From an uncultured Desulfobacteraceae bacterium (GTDB lineage: Bacteria; Desulfobacterota; DSM-4660; Desulfatiglandales; Desulfatiglandaceae), in NCBI GenBank assembly GCA_964639275.1, contig CAZXCQ010000001.1:10243-74242 (forward strand): a stretch of 64,000 bases of DNA, in the 5' to 3' direction. The notes under the pieces were generated by a model. The model was not told where the DNA came from and did not search any database. It was given only the letters and a program-made list of their open reading frames with translations. Position 1 is the stretch's first letter, and the number at the start of each line of letters is the position of its first letter. Shown one piece after another: positions 61,980 to 64,000 of the stretch. The translations under genes and the position numbers were made by a program.

Positions 61980-63074
61980 CTACCTGAGCCTGAAAATGAT
62001 TCTAAAGGTACTGCCCTTTTCAGGGGCCGTCAAGACCTCGATGCGCCCCCCGTGGGCCTTTACAATCTGATCCACCACCATAAGCCCGAGTCCTGTCCCC
62101 TCTGAACCTTTCCTGGAGAAGAACTTTTCAAAGAGGTTGCTCTGGGTGGTCTCATCCATTCCGGCACCATTATCTTCTACCTCAAACATAAAGTGACCGG
62201 GATCGTACAGATCGGTCCGCACGACGATGCTATGGAATTCCTTCAGCGAATCCCTCTCGCATGCCTGCAGGGCATTCAATATAAGATTCCCCAGCATCCT
62301 CCGAATTCCCTGGGGGTCCAATGAGACCTCCGGGAGATTGGCGTTTGGCTTTTCGATCAATGCAATGTCAAGACCCCTGGCCTTTTCCTCAAAAAGCACC
62401 ACCACGTCCTTTACGAGTTCAGCAGGCCGTACCTTCTCTCGTTTGGGGACCCTTTTTTTTGATGCATAGAGTATATTCTGAACGACCGCTGAAATCTCAT
62501 GGATGTTCTTTTTGACGATTTCCCAGCCCTTCCCGGCCAGCTTCATGTCCTTGTCTTTGATGCCTTCATCGACCACATAGGCTCCCCCCTGAAGTCCCTC
62601 CAGGATGTTCTTGATGTCGTGAGAGAGCATGGCAACGGACTGCCCCAGAAAGGTCAGCTCCTTCTCAAACTCCCTTACCGTGGTGATGTTAAGGGACATC
62701 TCGATGACGGCCACCACATTGCCCGAGACATCGGGAATGGGTGTGGCAAGAACAATCATCTGGCCGGCTTTCCCGCTTGACAGATAGACTGTCTCCTCGC
62801 TTAAATGTATCCCTTTGTCGTTAAAGGCCCTCTGGACAGGGCATATATGACAGGGGGTGGGGCTTCCCTTGTAAACGAGGTGACAAAGCCTGCCCGTTCC
62901 ATCACCAAAGTCCTTTCTGAAGGCCTGGTTCGTAAAGAGGATTTGAAGGGAGCGATCCTGGATCGAGAGGTAACAGGGCAGGAGGTCAATGAGCGCCCTG
63001 TATCCCAGGTCAGAAAGGATGGGGTTACCTTGAGGCTCCATAATGCCTCCGCTGACGGGCTGCTTCCCCTCCAA
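61980..63074 (-). CDS. PAS sensor histidine kinase (cytoplasmic) with a Cys-motif PAS domain
   Basis: PAS domain carries LCHLVYKGSPTPCHICP. H-box MLSHDIKNIL, N-box LILNALQA, G-boxes DNGAGM and GTGLGLMVV. Confidence 0.85.
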   Translation of the reverse strand: MEGKQPVSGGIMEPQGNPILSDLGYRALIDLLPCYLSIQDRSLQILFTNQAFRKDFGDGTGRLCHLVYKGSPTPCHICPVQRAFNDKGIHLSEETVYLSSGKAGQMIVLATPIPDVSGNVVAVIEMSLNITTVREFEKELTFLGQSVAMLSHDIKNILEGLQGGAYVVDEGIKDKDMKLAGKGWEIVKKNIHEISAVVQNILYASKKRVPKREKVRPAELVKDVVVLFEEKARGLDIALIEKPNANLPEVSLDPQGIRRMLGNLILNALQACERDSLKEFHSIVVRTDLYDPGHFMFEVEDNGAGMDETTQSNLFEKFFSRKGSEGTGLGLMVVDQIVKAHGGRIEVLTAPEKGSTFRIIFRLR

Positions 63075-63422
63075 CGGGGGAAACTCCTTATCAAACCACG
63101 TGATTTATAGGAAATTTTGTGTATAAGCCTTAGTGTATATGAGACCTGTCTTTTGGTGTCAAGAAAAACCCCCTCCTCCACTCCCTTCCCCATTTTTCCT
63201 GTTTCACATTCCGCAAGAGGCCTCCTCAACACGCTTTGTCAAGGCCCATGAAGACTTCTGGAAAGAGGAAACCCGCTCACCCATTTCTGCGAGGGCAAAA
63301 AAAAGCCCCGGAATCCTGCGGGGCCTTTGTGCTGTCTTGGAGAAATCCTTTTTTTTCCTGATCGAAATCTGAGCGTCAATTTTGCCAAGTTGAATCAGTT
63401 TAACTTTCTGCAAATTGGGACT

Positions 63423-63643
63423 GGGGTATGGGGGTTCTGTTTTGAAGGGTGTATCCCTGCCTGAGGCAGACAAGCCTGTCTGAGACCGTTAGAGAGCGTT
63501 AAGAAATCACGGAGATCGACGTTGCCAAAAACCATAAGACTTTTCAGCAAATACTGCCCCCTGTTTTCACCTATGGCACGTGATTTCTTTACGCTCTCTT
63601 ACGGGCGAGTTATACACCCTTCAAAACAGAACCCCCATACCCC
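63423..63643. repeat. 221-bp element bounded by 31-bp perfect terminal inverted repeats (MITE-like or a long structured RNA)
   Basis: ggggtatgggggttctgttttgaagggtgta (63423-63453) is the exact reverse complement of 63613-63643. A second inverted pair, agagagcgttaagaaatcacg (63491-63511) and cgtgatttctttacgctctct (63579-63599), has 1 mismatch. Confidence 0.7.
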
Positions 63644-63692
63644 CGGGTTTCAAAAGTTCAAAGTGTTACGCCAACTCATTTTTGGGCGCGCC

Positions 63693-64000
63693 CTAGTATT
63701 CCGGTGGCATGGTCTTGAGCTGGGCCAGAGAGAAGACGGGGCCGTCTTTACAGACGAACTTTTCTCCGATGTTGCAGCGGCCACACATACCGATCCCGCA
63801 TTTCATACGGCTTTCCAGGGACAGGATGATCTTTTCCGGGGGGAATTGCAACTTTTCTAAGACCGGCTGCGTGAACCGGATCATAATCGGGGGGCCGCAA
63901 ACAAGGGCAATGGCATCATTGGCACTGGTGATTTTTTGTTCGGTTACGGCCGGAACAAAGCCCACGTTATATTTCCAGTCGGGGTCTTCAGTGGCATCGA
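63693..64000 (-). CDS. PyrK/NfnA/AsrB-like FAD/NAD(P)-binding oxidoreductase subunit with a C-terminal [2Fe-2S] site; 5' end lies beyond the window
   Basis: ALVCGPPIMIRF...SLESRMKCGIGMCGRCNIGEKFVCKDGPVF. The frame stays open to nt 64000. Confidence 0.7.
   Translation of the reverse strand, partial: DATEDPDWKYNVGFVPAVTEQKITSANDAIALVCGPPIMIRFTQPVLEKLQFPPEKIILSLESRMKCGIGMCGRCNIGEKFVCKDGPVFSLAQLKTMPPEY

Noticed and set aside
63204-63860. Two ORFs (63204-63473 minus strand, 63522-63860 plus strand) in the kinase/PyrK-like intergenic region.
   Set aside because: They are mirror translations of the inverted-repeat element, and the second runs antisense into the PyrK-like gene. Neither has an RBS or motifs.
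1-64000. Search for CRISPR arrays, tRNA/rRNA genes, integrases, transposases and phage genes.
   Set aside because: I saw no regularly spaced direct repeats with unique spacers, no tRNA T-loop/acceptor patterns, no rRNA-like stretches, and no DDE/tyrosine/serine recombinase motifs in any of the listed ORFs.

Overview
This 64 kb window looks like it comes from an anaerobic, probably Desulfobacterota-like (deltaproteobacterial) chromosome. That placement is inferred from gene content only. No database or HMM search was run, so every product call rests on motifs I could read in the translations, and coordinates include stop codons as in the ORF track. I see three blocks. (1) nt 1-25.3k is an accessory-looking region dominated by a ~21 kb run of same-strand genes for exported proteins and lipoproteins. 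It contains a split vWA pair, two signal-peptide caspase-family (C14) proteins, FlgT/LPP20-like proteins, DUF799-like and CsgG/FlgO-like modules, AsmA, a SpoIID domain protein, an SLH-like domain and DUF4384. It ends in a 182-bp direct repeat that brackets the second caspase gene, followed by a VapBC toxin-antitoxin pair. (2) nt 25.6-48.8k is a redox/energy block. It holds two paralogous PAS sigma54 activators flanking an AbfD-like dehydratase, then a NuoE/NuoF/NuoG-N-like plus HdrA-MvhD fusion cluster behind a textbook sigma54 promoter. On the opposite strand is an hdrA-mvhD-FeS-fdhA operon in which three genes each carry one in-frame TGA at a known selenocysteine position; the ORF track therefore splits each of them in two. 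(3) nt 49.2-64k holds two HK/NtrC two-component pairs, a bacterial archaemetzincin and a Cys-rich GcvH-like gene. Divergent sigma54 promoters lead into a NifX-like x3 / NifU-like / zinc-ribbon / MinD-ferredoxin x2 cluster. The block ends with a response regulator, a PAS kinase, a 221-bp element with 31-bp perfect terminal inverted repeats, and a truncated PyrK/NfnA-like gene. I found no rRNA, tRNA or CRISPR array. The best candidate for an undescribed system is the caspase-bracketed envelope cluster. The uncharacterised NifX/MinD-ferredoxin cluster and the small repeat elements are secondary leads.
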